NCBI RefSeq assembly: GCF_001194135.2
Contig: NC_068984.1
Span: 82,033,949-82,097,862 of the forward strand
DNA from: Octopus bimaculoides
Taxonomy: Eukaryota
DNA: 63,914 bases
Reading direction: 5' to 3'
Shown here piece by piece: positions 1 to 11,715 of this stretch. Numbering within the stretch: the stretch's first letter is position 1; each line of letters starts with the position of its first letter. Below the pieces are notes generated by a model, which was not told where the DNA came from, did no database searches, and saw only the letters and a list, made by a program, of their open reading frames with translations. The position numbers were made by a program, and so were the translations under genes.

Positions 1-1949
1 TCCAAACGGATTTTATTCCAAAAATTGCAACCTATGGTACTATGGGAACAGGCTATTGTTGCTACCACTTAGACAATGCAGTTTGAAGTCTACATCAGTT
101 CATCCACTTAATACAACCTACTTATATCATTTCAGTAGCTGTTTTTTTCTAGTTTGAACAGAAGCAATGCATGGACCATGCAAGCAACCATATGTACCCC
201 AAGAAAGGGGGGTTTCTGCCCTCAGGGGCCCCATTACACATTATGTGAAACAATTTTAAAGTCTAAAACCATCTCTGGAACATAAATAATGTATGTTCCC
301 AATTTGGAGAAAATCAGTTGCGAACTTCAGAAGTTCTGAGGGTTTACTTACACACACATCCTCAGTTTTAAGTGGTAGAGAAATTAACATAAGTATGTCA
401 TCAAGAGTAATGTCCCTTGAACCAATGCAGCAACTAAGTTATACACGAGAAGCAAAATAGGCTTCGTAATTGACTGTTGCTAGTTCGCTCATACTCATAC
501 ACCTGGCGAACATTGATTCAACTTTCATACTCTAACTTGTCTTCATTTCCTATTCTTTCCTCTCCTTTTGACTTTTATTTTCTAGCTAGCCTCCTTGCTA
601 CCATTCAATTGCCTCCTCGTCCCCCACCTTGAAACTTATTGTTCATTGTGGTGGTGGGGCATTATAACTAGATTTTTGTTCTCTGTAACATTACTACTGT
701 CTAGTAGACTGTGAAGTTCAGTATGGAGTGTTATGAGTTAATATTAGTATGCCATTTATTTTTTATAAATATTGTAGATCTTTATCTGATTGCTTGCAAT
801 AGTGGAGAAATTTGCTGACTCTAACTCGATTTAATCTGATTAAATAGAAATAGTTCTATTTGATTGATTCATTATATGATGGTAAAACATAGTTTATAGA
901 TTAACAACAACATAGAGCATTGTGGTAGAGTCATATCATCCATTTTAACCTTGTTATAGCCACTTGATCAAGATAATATTGATAATCATTCACCTCTATT
1001 TCCATATGATTGATACAAATCTCTTTAGGAATGGTTGCTGATTTGGATACAAGGATTGCAGTTTTGAGGGGAGAGTGTAAGTCAATACAATCAGTTCCAA
1101 TACTTGACTAGTACATTATTTTACCAACCCCAAAATGATGAGAAGCAAGAACATAAAAAGACAGAAGAAATGCTGTAATAAATGTTCTGTGGACTCACTG
1201 TCCTAAATTCTCCAATATTTAGTTAAATTCTTACCATTTGTTCATCATGCAATATATCTTCATTGTATGTAGCCAGAATGTTGCAGATTCTACACATTTC
1301 CTTTCTCATCAGCGACTTACAAAGATGAAGGCTAAACAGTAAAGTGTGTAAACGACCGTGTGGAAGGAGAGGTGATGAGAATGGCTCCTTTAGTACATCG
1401 CATGGTCGATACAAATAAAATATGAAAAGAGATAAATACTGTATAAGTGCCAGAAGGAAAAGAGAGACACAACCAGGGTAGAAGGTTTAAGAGAAGATTT
1501 TATTTATGGGTTCCATTATATTCCTATTGGAGTGATTTCCCCCTAAGTTATAGTTACCTCCCTTGTATTACCTTCGTTTCAGAAAATATAATCTGACCGG
1601 TAACTATACACAGTAATCTAGTGATTCCCAACCGATTTTTGCCCATGCCCAACCGAATCATTTCTAAAATCCTGATGCACCCTTGTGATATTTAATTTTT
1701 GTTTTTCAAAATTTGGTTAATGTTAACAATATTACCCGGAAACAAAATTTAAAAAAACTAGTGCAACGGACGTAAAAAATCAAGTTAGAGTCAGCAAATT
1801 TCTTCACTATTGCAAACAATCAGATAAGATCTACAATATTTATAAAAACAAATGGCATACTAATATTAACTCATAACACTCAATACTGAACTTCACAGTC
1901 TACTAGAGAGTACTAATGTTATAGAGAACAAAACTGTAGTTATAATGCG

Positions 1950-3420
1950 TAGGAAACGAATATGAAAAATAAAAATGTGCGGAAATCAACGGGGGTGGGG
2001 AGGACTTCGGAAAATTCACAAGAACCGAGTTTTTCCCTCATAACTTTTAGGAATTTTTTTTTTTTAATGAAAATTTTTATAAAAACCTTTCAACAGGCAT
2101 AGATTACAATTATAAAGAAATTTGTGGGAAAATCTTTTCCGATGGGGTGGGGAGAGGACATCGCAAAATTCACATGATCTGAGTTTTTCGCCCATAACTT
2201 GGTAACAGTTTATCGTGGATAGCGGGTATAAATCCAAATTTTAAATATTCCTCTGAGTATTGACGAACTTTTTTTTTTTACTTGTTCTACTGTATTTTTG
2301 AATCAGCATAGCTACAGATTTCTGCGCCCCCGACTTTGGATGATCAATAACTTTCAGAAAAATGGATATTTTTAATGAGATTGTCTACGAAAATGTGTAG
2401 ATTCCGAATATACAAAATTTTGTGGGGAAAGTGTTTTAGGAAGGGTTGGGGTGGTTAANNNNNNNNNNNNNNNNNNNNNNNNNNNNNNNNNNNNNNNNNN
2501 NNNNNNNNNNNNNNNNNNNNNNNNNNNNNNNNNNNNNNNNNNNNNNNNNNNNNNNNNNNNNNNNNNNNNNNNNNNNNNNNNNNNNNNNNNNNNNNNNNNN
2601 NNNNNNNNNNNNNNNNNNNNNNNNNNNNNNNNNNNNNNNNNNNNNNNNNNNNNNNNNNNNNNNNNNNNNNNNNNNNNNNNNNNNNNNNNNNNNNNNNNNN
2701 NNNNNNNNNNNNNNNNNNNNNNNNNNNNNNNTGTGTGTGTGTGTGTAATTAAAAAAGTTCAAACAGGGAATTATTCCGTTCAGTATCATGCTTATTATAG
2801 AGATTGTGTAACAAATTATGCTTTACACTTCTATATTTAACTGTGCAAGTATATTCCTTATTTTTGCTTCTGGTGTCTTCTGCCTTTCTATTAGAACCGT
2901 TTACCTGGGAATTTACTTAAAGTGAAAAAAAATCGTATGCAACAAATAAATCGTCTTAATAACATGTTTCTGTGTACCAGACTTTTAGCTGTTATTTTTA
3001 GCATAACGAGTTTTCTGGTGAGGGCTTCATTTGCCTTCTTTGCCTGTTTGTTGCTTCAGTAAAAATCTACGGATGCACAAAGGCACAAAACGGAGAAAAT
3101 GAAACAAATATGGGCGACTTGTTCAGAAACACCCGCGAGTGAAGAACAGTTCTCAGAAATAGCCCCCAATTGTTTTCCCCCAAAATTCCTATGTCCTCGG
3201 TATATTTGTAGAGAATTTCATTAAAAAATAGCCATTTTCTTGAAATTCCTACCCCAACCCTATCCTAAAACATTTTCCGAAATTCCTACCCCGACCCCTC
3301 CTAAAACATTTTCCCCCAAAATTTTTGCATATTCGGAATCTACATGATATAACGCATATTCGTTCAAAAAGATTTCAGTATAAACTTTCGGAAAATATGT
3401 TATTTGTGTATGTACTCTCT
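1950..3420. repeat. Modular repeat present as inverted arms (about 1950-2458 and 3140-3420); fragments also at about 9310-9520 and 15420-15520
   Basis: gtagattccgaatat.caaaattttg.ggggaaa.tgttttagga.gggt.gggg at about 2397-2455 has its reverse complement at about 3245-3340. Confidence 0.6.
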
Positions 3421-4089
3421 TAAATTTGTTAAGCTTTGGTTTGTACTTTTGTATGAAAATATTTTCTTTGTTTATCCATACTTCATCTATGGTATTCACT
3501 GAACGTAGGTTGAGTGGGAAGACCTGGAATTTGGGGAACTTATTTTTTGCACATATGTCTATGTGTTCACTCGCTGGAATCTGTCTAGTACTGGGGTCTC
3601 GTATTTGTTATCGGTGAATGGTCATTCTATTTCTTGGAGTAAGCTTTGTTTGATCTATGTAATCTTCATTACATCCTTAACATTTGGTAACATATATTAA
3701 ATTCCTTGAAGAACATATAAAGTGATTTTTTACAGTAAAAATCTGTCCTGATTCGAATTTGTATGTTGTGTCTTCAATAAGATTGATGCAAGTCCCACAT
3801 TTGGGGCAGCCACACTTTTTGACTGTTAGTGTAGGAATTGTGAAAGGTAATTTAGCACTTGTGAGGAATATTTTGAGGGACTTTGATTGTCTTTTACTTT
3901 TGATTATTTTGTATATTTCGAGTGCTTGCTTCATTCTTGGGTCTTGTCTTTGTAGTGGGATGTTTTGGTGGATAATATTGTAAACCTCTGTATTTCTTGC
4001 GTTGTGTGTTGGAATAAAGGGTAGAGTATTGGATGTATGTGGAGTGATTTTTGTTTTTTGTAAGTTCTTGGATATTTATTTCTTTGGTA
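3415..4089 (-). mobile_element. Penelope-like element, 3' part: linker and GIY-YIG endonuclease (decayed)
   Basis: Minus strand reads KRQSKSLK..LTSAKL, C-x2-C-x2-C, FICSSRNLIYVTKC*GCNEDYIDQT, RMTIHR*, EH, ENIFIQKYKPKLN. This is the LIY...YI(G>D) GIY-YIG pattern with two in-frame stops. Confidence 0.9.
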
Positions 4090-5204
4090 TGTAGTGAAAC
4101 TACCTATCGCCATTAGATACAAAACTGCTATCGCCATTCTTCTCATTTAAATATAAACAAATGCGAGCGTAGTAGAGAACCCATTCCTTGTCATCACGTG
4201 ACTGATTAATATTCGAATCGGCAACTTCTTCGAACCGTTCCCGCCAGAATGCAAACTGACCAATCACAGCCCCTAATAAGGTCACGTGATAGAGTAAAAT
4301 TCTGAAGCCATCGGGAGCCCATAGTTTGTTATAAATAGCTTTAACTCGGCAACCAAATTTGTCTCGGTCCAGTTTCTCTTTGAGAACTGTTCCGTGTACC
4401 ACACGACAGCAGCAGCAGCCAGCGACCACNNNNNNNNNNNNNNNNNNNNNNNNNNNNNNNNNNNNNNNNNNNNNNNNNNNNNNNNNNNNNNNNNNNNNNN
4501 NNNNNNNNNNNNNNNNNNNNNNNNNNNNNNNNNNNNNNNNNNNNNNNNNNNNNNNNNNNNNNNNNNNNNNNNNNNNNNNNNNNNNNNNNNNNNNNNNNNN
4601 NNNNNNNNNNNNNNNNNNNNNNNNNNNNNNNNNNNNNNNNNNNNNNNNNNNNNNNNNNNNNNNNNNNNNNNNNNNNNNNNNNNNNNNNNNNNNNNNNNNN
4701 NNNNNNNNNNNNNNNNNNNNNNNNNNNNNNNNNNNNNNNNNNNNNNNNNNNNNNNNNNNNNNNNNNNNNNNNNNNNNNNNNNNNNNNNNNNNNNNNNNNN
4801 NNNNNNNNNNNNNNNNNNNNNNNNNNNNNNNNNNNNNNNNNNNNNNNNNNNNNNNNNNNNNNNNNNNNNTACAGAACTTTTCCTATAGTGTACTAACGAA
4901 CTGGTATAATTGCTCACGTGTCATTTACTGACTCTCTTTCTCTCTGCTGTAATAACTTACACATGTATCACTCACATACACACTTTTCCTTGTATGACGG
5001 CCTGTCTTTGATTATGTTATTATATGTCGCATTCACACTCTCACACAGACATACACTTTAACGCCATAATAAATATCTCTGTTATTCATCTAATACGGTT
5101 GTGGTCTTTCATTACTGGTCATCTATGTTATCGTCGCATAACATATTCTATATATCATCTTTGATATATATATTTGTATGTTCGACCGTGTGACACGTTT
5201 AAAT

Positions 5205-6150
5205 AAAAGGAGTCCTCTGTTTTTCCATTCGTCACCATTTCTCCTTTTATGAGTTCGTTTAAGTAGTATTTGTTTTAGCCCCTGAAGTCTTTTATTGCAA
5301 GTTTCAGGGTTTGGGACAATTGTGCAGATTATTCTTTGCTAGATTAAAGGGAATATTATTCTTCATGTGTTTGGGATGGCATGAGGAGAACAGTAAGTAT
5401 TGTTTAGAATCTGTTTGTTTGTAATTAATGTCTGTTTCAATGTTTTTATCTCTTTTGATGATTAGTACATCCAGGAATGGTAATTAAGTTTTACTGTATT
5501 CCATGGTGAAGTTGATATTATTGTTTATGTTGTTGATTAGGTTTTTGAAATCTATAAGTTGTTCAAATGTGTTCAAATTCTGACTGGAATTTAGTGAGAG
5601 AATTTCTCAAACCAGAAATGTATTGCCTCTAGTCCATATTGGTGTGGAATTGTGGTATAGAGGTTTATCACACCAAAAGATACTATAGTGGTATCATTGA
5701 TTATGGATTTTAGGAGGTGGTTTAACAGATTCAGGTTGTCCCTTACAAGACTTGGTATATTTAAAATAAATTTCAGTAATATATCTAAAAAGGTGCTGAG
5801 TGAGTGTGTTTTACAATTCGGTCCTGCTACAATTGATCTAAATTTAAGGCTGGTGGGATATTGTATGTTTATGCAACTTGAAGTTTGTTCTTTACATACA
5901 TTCTTAATAGTTTGGTTCTTAAGAATTTTTGAGAGACTGTAGAAGTAGCTAGTCTTGCAATTGAAATGGGTTAGGTAGTCACATTTCTTCTTTGCTAAAC
6001 CTTTTTGATGTTTGTGAGTGTATTCAGTTTAGTCATTGTGTTTGATTTTTGGTAATTTACATAGTAGGTCATCTCTTTTGTAGTGTCCAATATCCATAAT
6101 AGCTTTAGCACTTTCCTTATCTGCTGCTTTAGTTATAATGTTGTTGTTAG
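5205..6150 (-). mobile_element. Penelope-like element, reverse transcriptase part (decayed, internally deleted)
   Basis: Minus-strand fragments IITKAADKESA, LPKIK, SIVAGP, VRDNLNLLNHL, SFGVINLYTTIPHQYGLEAIHFW, FTMEY, LPFLDVLI, YKQTDSKQYLLFSSCHPKHMKNNIPFNLA. The segment that should hold the YxDD motif is missing. Confidence 0.88.
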
Positions 6151-6160
6151 ATACATGCCG

Positions 6161-6232
6161 GCCAGCCATGAGACTCGAACTCACATCTCTGTGATTACAT
6201 GTCAAGTGTTTTACCATTAAAACAAACTGCCC
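6161..6232 (-). pseudogene. tRNA-like sequence (anticodon loop contains TGT, Thr-like); pseudogene or SINE head
   Basis: Minus strand gggcagt-ttgttttaatggtaaaac-acttgacatgtaatcacag-agat-gtgagttcgagtctcat-ggctggcc. D arm gttt/aaac, T arm gtgag/ctcat with TTCGAGT loop; anticodon stem imperfect. Confidence 0.55.
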
Positions 6233-7433
6233 AGCAACGAATTCTTCTGCAATTTTAGAACTTATAAATTTAGCTCCATAAGACGCTAACGTTAAATTCA
6301 ACTTTACGATGAAAGTAAACAAACAAAGTTTGTTCTGTTTTAGAAGCGTTGAGATGTATCATGGCTGGCCGGCAACGTATTTTTCTGCATTATATGGATA
6401 ATTTATCCTGATCAGGCTATTTATAGCATTATCACGCGTTTGAGAAATAAATTTATTTCTGTATCTTACAATACATCTCAACGCTTTTAAAAAAGAACAA
6501 ACTTTGTTCGTTTACTTTCATCGTAAAGTTGAATTTAATGTTGTTATTGTTTATCAGTTCATGTATAATATCCCATTCCTTTCGACAGGTATTGGGCTTG
6601 ATTTTAGGGTGTGGAAGTTCTTTGTAACAGAAGGTAGATATACAATAGCAAAATTTATCTAAATCTTTATTCTTACCTTACATAGGTTTGTAATTGCTCT
6701 TGTTTCTTACAATTGATTCGTCCGTGTCTTCTTTATCGCACAATTCCTATGTTAGGTAAAGTTTATATATATTCTGTAGTAGCTTTCATTGAACCACTGA
6801 ATTACCAGTACTAGTTGCTTCCCCTTAACCACAATCCCATGGATTCCTTCACTCTTCCCTCATGCATGTCATAACGTTAAGATGCTGCAAGACATACACG
6901 GCCCCACAATGCCTATTCATTGACTTCTCCCCCGTAACTTTTTTCTTCTTTTTCCTATTCTTGTTTATTTTACAAACAAATCCTTTGTAACGGTCTTAAC
7001 TTGTGACCTCGATTCAAATTGTAACTGACCGCTGGTCTTAGACATGCCCCATTGTGGACCATACGTGGGATTCTCGGTATTAATTTTTGTGAGTAAATTT
7101 TTCTTAAACCCCCTACAATAACTGTTTACTTTTACTTGAGTTTATTCCGTTTGCATAGATACCGCCCTTTGATAATCATGGTAGTATTTTCTTTATATAT
7201 AACTTCTTGGTAACTTGGTTCTTTAAACATCCTGACCCCACCCCCTGCAGATTGCACCTACCCGTTAATAAATTGTAGACCATTACTAGCTCACTCTTTT
7301 ACCTACGGACCCTGTAGCCCCTTGATGGTGAATTATATACTTTCAAACTATTGACCTTCTAGACTATTTGTCTAATCCATGTTTTCTTTCCTTTTCCTTC
7401 TTCCATTTGTTTATATTGTATGGTCTTGTTTTT

Positions 7434-7550
7434 TTACTCTGATGAAGCTCTGTTGCCTTAATTCGAATGCCCTGTAGAAGATAAAGAACTTTATTCTCGC
7501 ATTTATTTATAGACTGCATTTTGGTAACCGATCGGAAACGGCCGTAAGAT
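7434..7550 (+). ncRNA. Degenerate hammerhead-like motif with an enlarged stem II
   Basis: CTGATGA at 7439; GTTGCC/GGTAAC helix; GAAA-C-GGCC-G-TA at 7535-7546; stem I only 2 bp. Confidence 0.4.
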
Positions 7551-8026
7551 ATGTCACGTCACCTATTTTGTTATGTCAAGCTTTGTATTAAAAAATAAGC
7601 TATAAATGTGGTCCAATCGATGTGTTTGTTAATCTGTGGTTTTCTCCATTTTCTGATTATATATATATATATAAATTCTTGTATCCTTGCCGTAAGGCTT
7701 TACTTCCACACACGCCAGCTTAATTTAATTCGTCCTTAGTCGAAAGACACCTGTTGTTATCTCCTGTTATTTGTATTTCTGTAACAATCTCCGTTTTTTG
7801 CTGTCCTTGTTTTCGTATACATTCGCTGCTTTCTTCCAAGGAAACACACTGTATATTGGTTGGCATTAAAAACAATATCCATGCTATGAAGCCATGTCAA
7901 AGTAGACACTGAAGCATTGAATCCTTCCAAAGTAGACACTGCCTCATTGAATCCTTCCAAACCATCCAACCCATACTATCATGGAAGATGGATGATGATA
8001 TATGTGTGCATAAATACACATACATG

Positions 8027-8069
<43 letters not shown>

Positions 8070-8141
8070 GTCTATTGACATTCCATTGAATAAACAATGA
8101 ATGAACAATTAAGTGTGTGTGTGTGTAAATATTCACTTATA

Positions 8142-9072
8142 CCGAGGTGGTATCAAAAAGTTCTCAGACTAGTTCTGTAGCACACCAACAGATGGCAGCA
8201 CATGGTTGTGTGTGTAGTGAGAGTTGGCAGTGACCTTCATGAGGTAGTGTGCTGAGTAACATCACTGTGTTTACTTCACAAGTTGTGAAATTTGTTTTTG
8301 TGATCATGTGTATACTGTAGTCTGTGATTTTGTCACAGGCAGGAAGTTAGGAAAAAGAGCCACATGAAATTTTGTGTTAAACTTGGGAAGTCTGTTACAG
8401 AGACACTGGGCATGGTTCGGCAAACTTATGGTGACAAGGCAATGGTTTGTACACAATGTTTCAAGTAGCATGGGTGCTTCAAAAGCAGAAGAATGTCCCT
8501 GGCAAACAATGAGTGATCTGGAAATGTGGAGAAAATTCATCAGTTTGTGCATAAGGATCATCAGAGGACAATCAATAATATTGTTGATGTTGTTGGTCTG
8601 TTGTATGGGTCTGTACATGCAATCCTAATGTCTGAATTGAACATGCAGCATGTCTCTGCCACGTTTTCTCTCCACCTGCTGACCATTGAGCAGGAAGAAC
8701 ATCAGATTGAAGTCTGTCAAGATCTCCATCACTTGTGGGATTCTTGCCAAAAAACAACATGGTATTGCTTCCACACTTGCTCTACTCACCAGATTTAGCA
8801 GATGCAAACTTCCATCTCTTCCCCAAGATGAAAAGGCAGCTCAAAGGTCACTCTTTTAGCACAGTTGTTGAGATCCAGAGCAAATTGCAGAAGTTTCTCG
8901 ACTTGCTTGCGGAAAATGACTTCCAGACGAGATTCTTAAAGTGGCAGGAACGCTGGTACCAGTGTATTGCTATGCAAGGTGACTATTTTGAAGGACATGA
9001 TGTTAAAACTTAGGTAAATAAGTTATTTTTTATTAAACATAACTAGTCCAGGAACCTTTTGATACCACCTCA
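8142..9072 (+). mobile_element. Tc1/mariner element, internally deleted, both TIRs present
   Basis: About 30-bp TIRs (cgaggtggtatcaaaaagttctcagactagt / actagtccaggaaccttttgataccacctca) flanked by TA. Transposase remnants KFCVKLGKSVTET, VEKIHQFVHKDHQRTI, YSPDLA..NFHLFPKMK...GDYFEG. Most of the catalytic core is deleted. Confidence 0.93.
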
Positions 9073-11598
9073 TATAGATATATATATATATCATTATTAT
9101 CATATACCATTCACTTTTCTTGCATTTTTAGATCAAACGGAATTTGCTGGGGCAGATTTTCTAAAGCTGACAAGTTAATATTTCCCCATGGCAAGTCATG
9201 TTTTTCATGGACGACTGGAAACGAAGATTGCTTGAATGAGTGATGCACATTTACAACCATCACGTGATAGCAAAAGAAACACACACACACACACACACTC
9301 GTAATCTACAAGCTCTGAAAGGTATTTGTAGAAAATCTCATTAAAAAAGTACACATTTAAAAAAAAGTTATAAGGGAACAAAGCCGACACGTATGAATTT
9401 TCCGAAACTCCTCACCCTACCCTCGAAAATAATTCCGATATAAACGGAACCAACACCATCAGAAGCGTATTTGTAGCAAATTTCATTAAAAAATATTCAT
9501 TTTTCTGGAAGTTATGAGGAAACAGATTCGAGCGGAGGCACACTTGTGTGGGTATGCCAAATAAACTTCTTCACATTAAACTAATTTTAAAAATAACCAT
9601 TTTTACACACACACACACACAAGCGTGCGTGCGTGCGTGTGTGTGTGTTACAACAACGAAAGATTTATGATATGAAGTTAGCTATTACTAAGAGATTACT
9701 GTTAACGAAATAGGGTTGCTATGGTGACAAAATATAAACTCACGTTTAGGCGTGGAACTCTTATTTTCATAACTATAACACATTGAGATGTATATTTCTC
9801 AATTCATTTTCCCCTATGTGTCGTAAATATAAGTATATATATATAATATAACGATTATTAATAGATGAAATAAATCTTGATGTAGCTATTTTTTGTATAA
9901 TAAATGATACCACACGACGCAAATCAGTTATTGATATAGCAAAGAGAAAATTCTCTAAAAATGGGAATCAGTTTTAAAACGAAAAGGTTATGATTTCTGT
10001 TTTCATTCATATAATGCAAACCATTTATGTCTAATACATAGATATTTTTTTTTTCTTTTCAGAATATAAAAATGTAAAATTCTGTAGCTGATTACCGTAG
10101 CATAACGGCTTTAGCAAAATTTGACTCTTTTTTGAAGAAATAATAAATTTATTAATAACAATAGTGATTTCAATTACACTATGTGGATGCAAATCATAAA
10201 TGGAAGAAACATATGGTATTCCAGAACATCAAACAAACGAGTTGCGAAAAATTTGTTAGGGAAACGTCAAACCATTAAACTCTTTTGTCAATTGTCAAAA
10301 GCTGAAAAATGAAGCTTTTGGGGATATAATTCTACGTCTAGCGAGTATGAGCATGTATAGACCTGCCAATAAAAGAGATATAGGAAACCCATGAAGTGTG
10401 TGGCTGGGCAATCGAAAAATGGGCAGAGAAGTAAATGGAAGAAAACTTGAGATTGGCTGATGACCGGGGAAGGTGATGAAGAGAAGCAGCTGCGTTCTTT
10501 ACAGTGTGCAGAAAAGCCTCCCTAGATTTTGGTTGTTGTAATAAATTAAATGATTTCACAATTGTTTTTAGATATGCAGAAAATAAATAAAATACGCCTG
10601 GCTTACAGAATCAGTAAAGAGTCGGATAAAATACCCCTGGTATTTGGTATAGCCCTTAATGTTCTATGTTCAAATCCCGCTGAGGTTAACTTTGCCTCTT
10701 TCATATTTCTAGGATTGATGAAATAAAGTACCAATCAAATATTACGATCAATATCATCGACCAATCTTAACAAATTGGATACCTAGTGACAATGTTGAAT
10801 AGTAGTAATAGTTCGGTAAGTACGGGAAACAAATCTAGTCATGTTTCGCTATTATATGACCTCAACAGAGAAACATAGCCGAAGTAGTGACAGGAGAATC
10901 ACGAAATAAATGTACAAAACTGGTATAGGAAATTGTTAGTGAATAAAATACTCTCAGTTACTATCCTCAGGAAAAACAGCCGTTAAGTTAGTTTTACATT
11001 TAATGAAAGGAGTGCAACAATAGCTAGGAATCTAGTGTACTGAATAAACTAACAAGTTAATTTAGGGGTTCCAGCCTTGTAGTTAATCGAAAGAAATTGC
11101 TTAATCATGCCAGTATGTTAAAAAGAAAATGGCACAAGCAGTAAAGAGCTGATGTAGATTATTTGCAACACAGAAATCAGCATATTTATACTCTCTTTGA
11201 TAAACCAGTAGTCTGAGAACTCTTTCTTAATACTCCAATAATGAAATAATGACAACTCAGTTAAGAAGTGGAGACGATTTATATTTCTATAATTCATCTT
11301 AGATGCGAAGAGAACTATAATAGAAGGTAAGACCCCATGGGCATAAAGAAAATAAAGTCTTATCCACGGAAATTTGAATTAGGCGCTGGTAAAGTATTAA
11401 ACAATCCCTCCCCTATACGTATACATCATAATGCTGGTATCTTGAAATATCGGCTACGTATAGTTATACTGTAAAAAAAAAAAAAACCCACAGATAACTC
11501 ATACTGCAATTTTTATTTCGTTTCGGTATGTGTTCCAAGTAGCATTTTAGAAAAGCATCAACGTAAATGTTGGTGTTTGTGTGATCTGACTTGAGCAG

Positions 11599-11715
11599 AT
11601 GAACAAGTACGTGAAAATTCGTCAAATTGGCCAGGGGTCATTCGGTAAAGTGTTCCTGGTTAGACATAAACAATCTTTTGTGAATTATGTTATCAAAGAA
11701 ATCGTTATATCTGGA
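11599..11715 (+). CDS. NEK1: NEK1 coding exon 1 ([39 protein letters not shown])
   Basis: ATG at 11599; 117 nt; donor GTAAGT at 11716; Gly-rich loop and catalytic Lys. Confidence 0.95.

Noticed and set aside
10455-10520. Two TGATGA boxes suggesting a C/D snoRNA
   Set aside because: No properly placed D box (CTGA) with a terminal stem
10338-10559. 73-aa minus-strand ORF near the presumed promoter
   Set aside because: No recognisable homology or convincing splice signals
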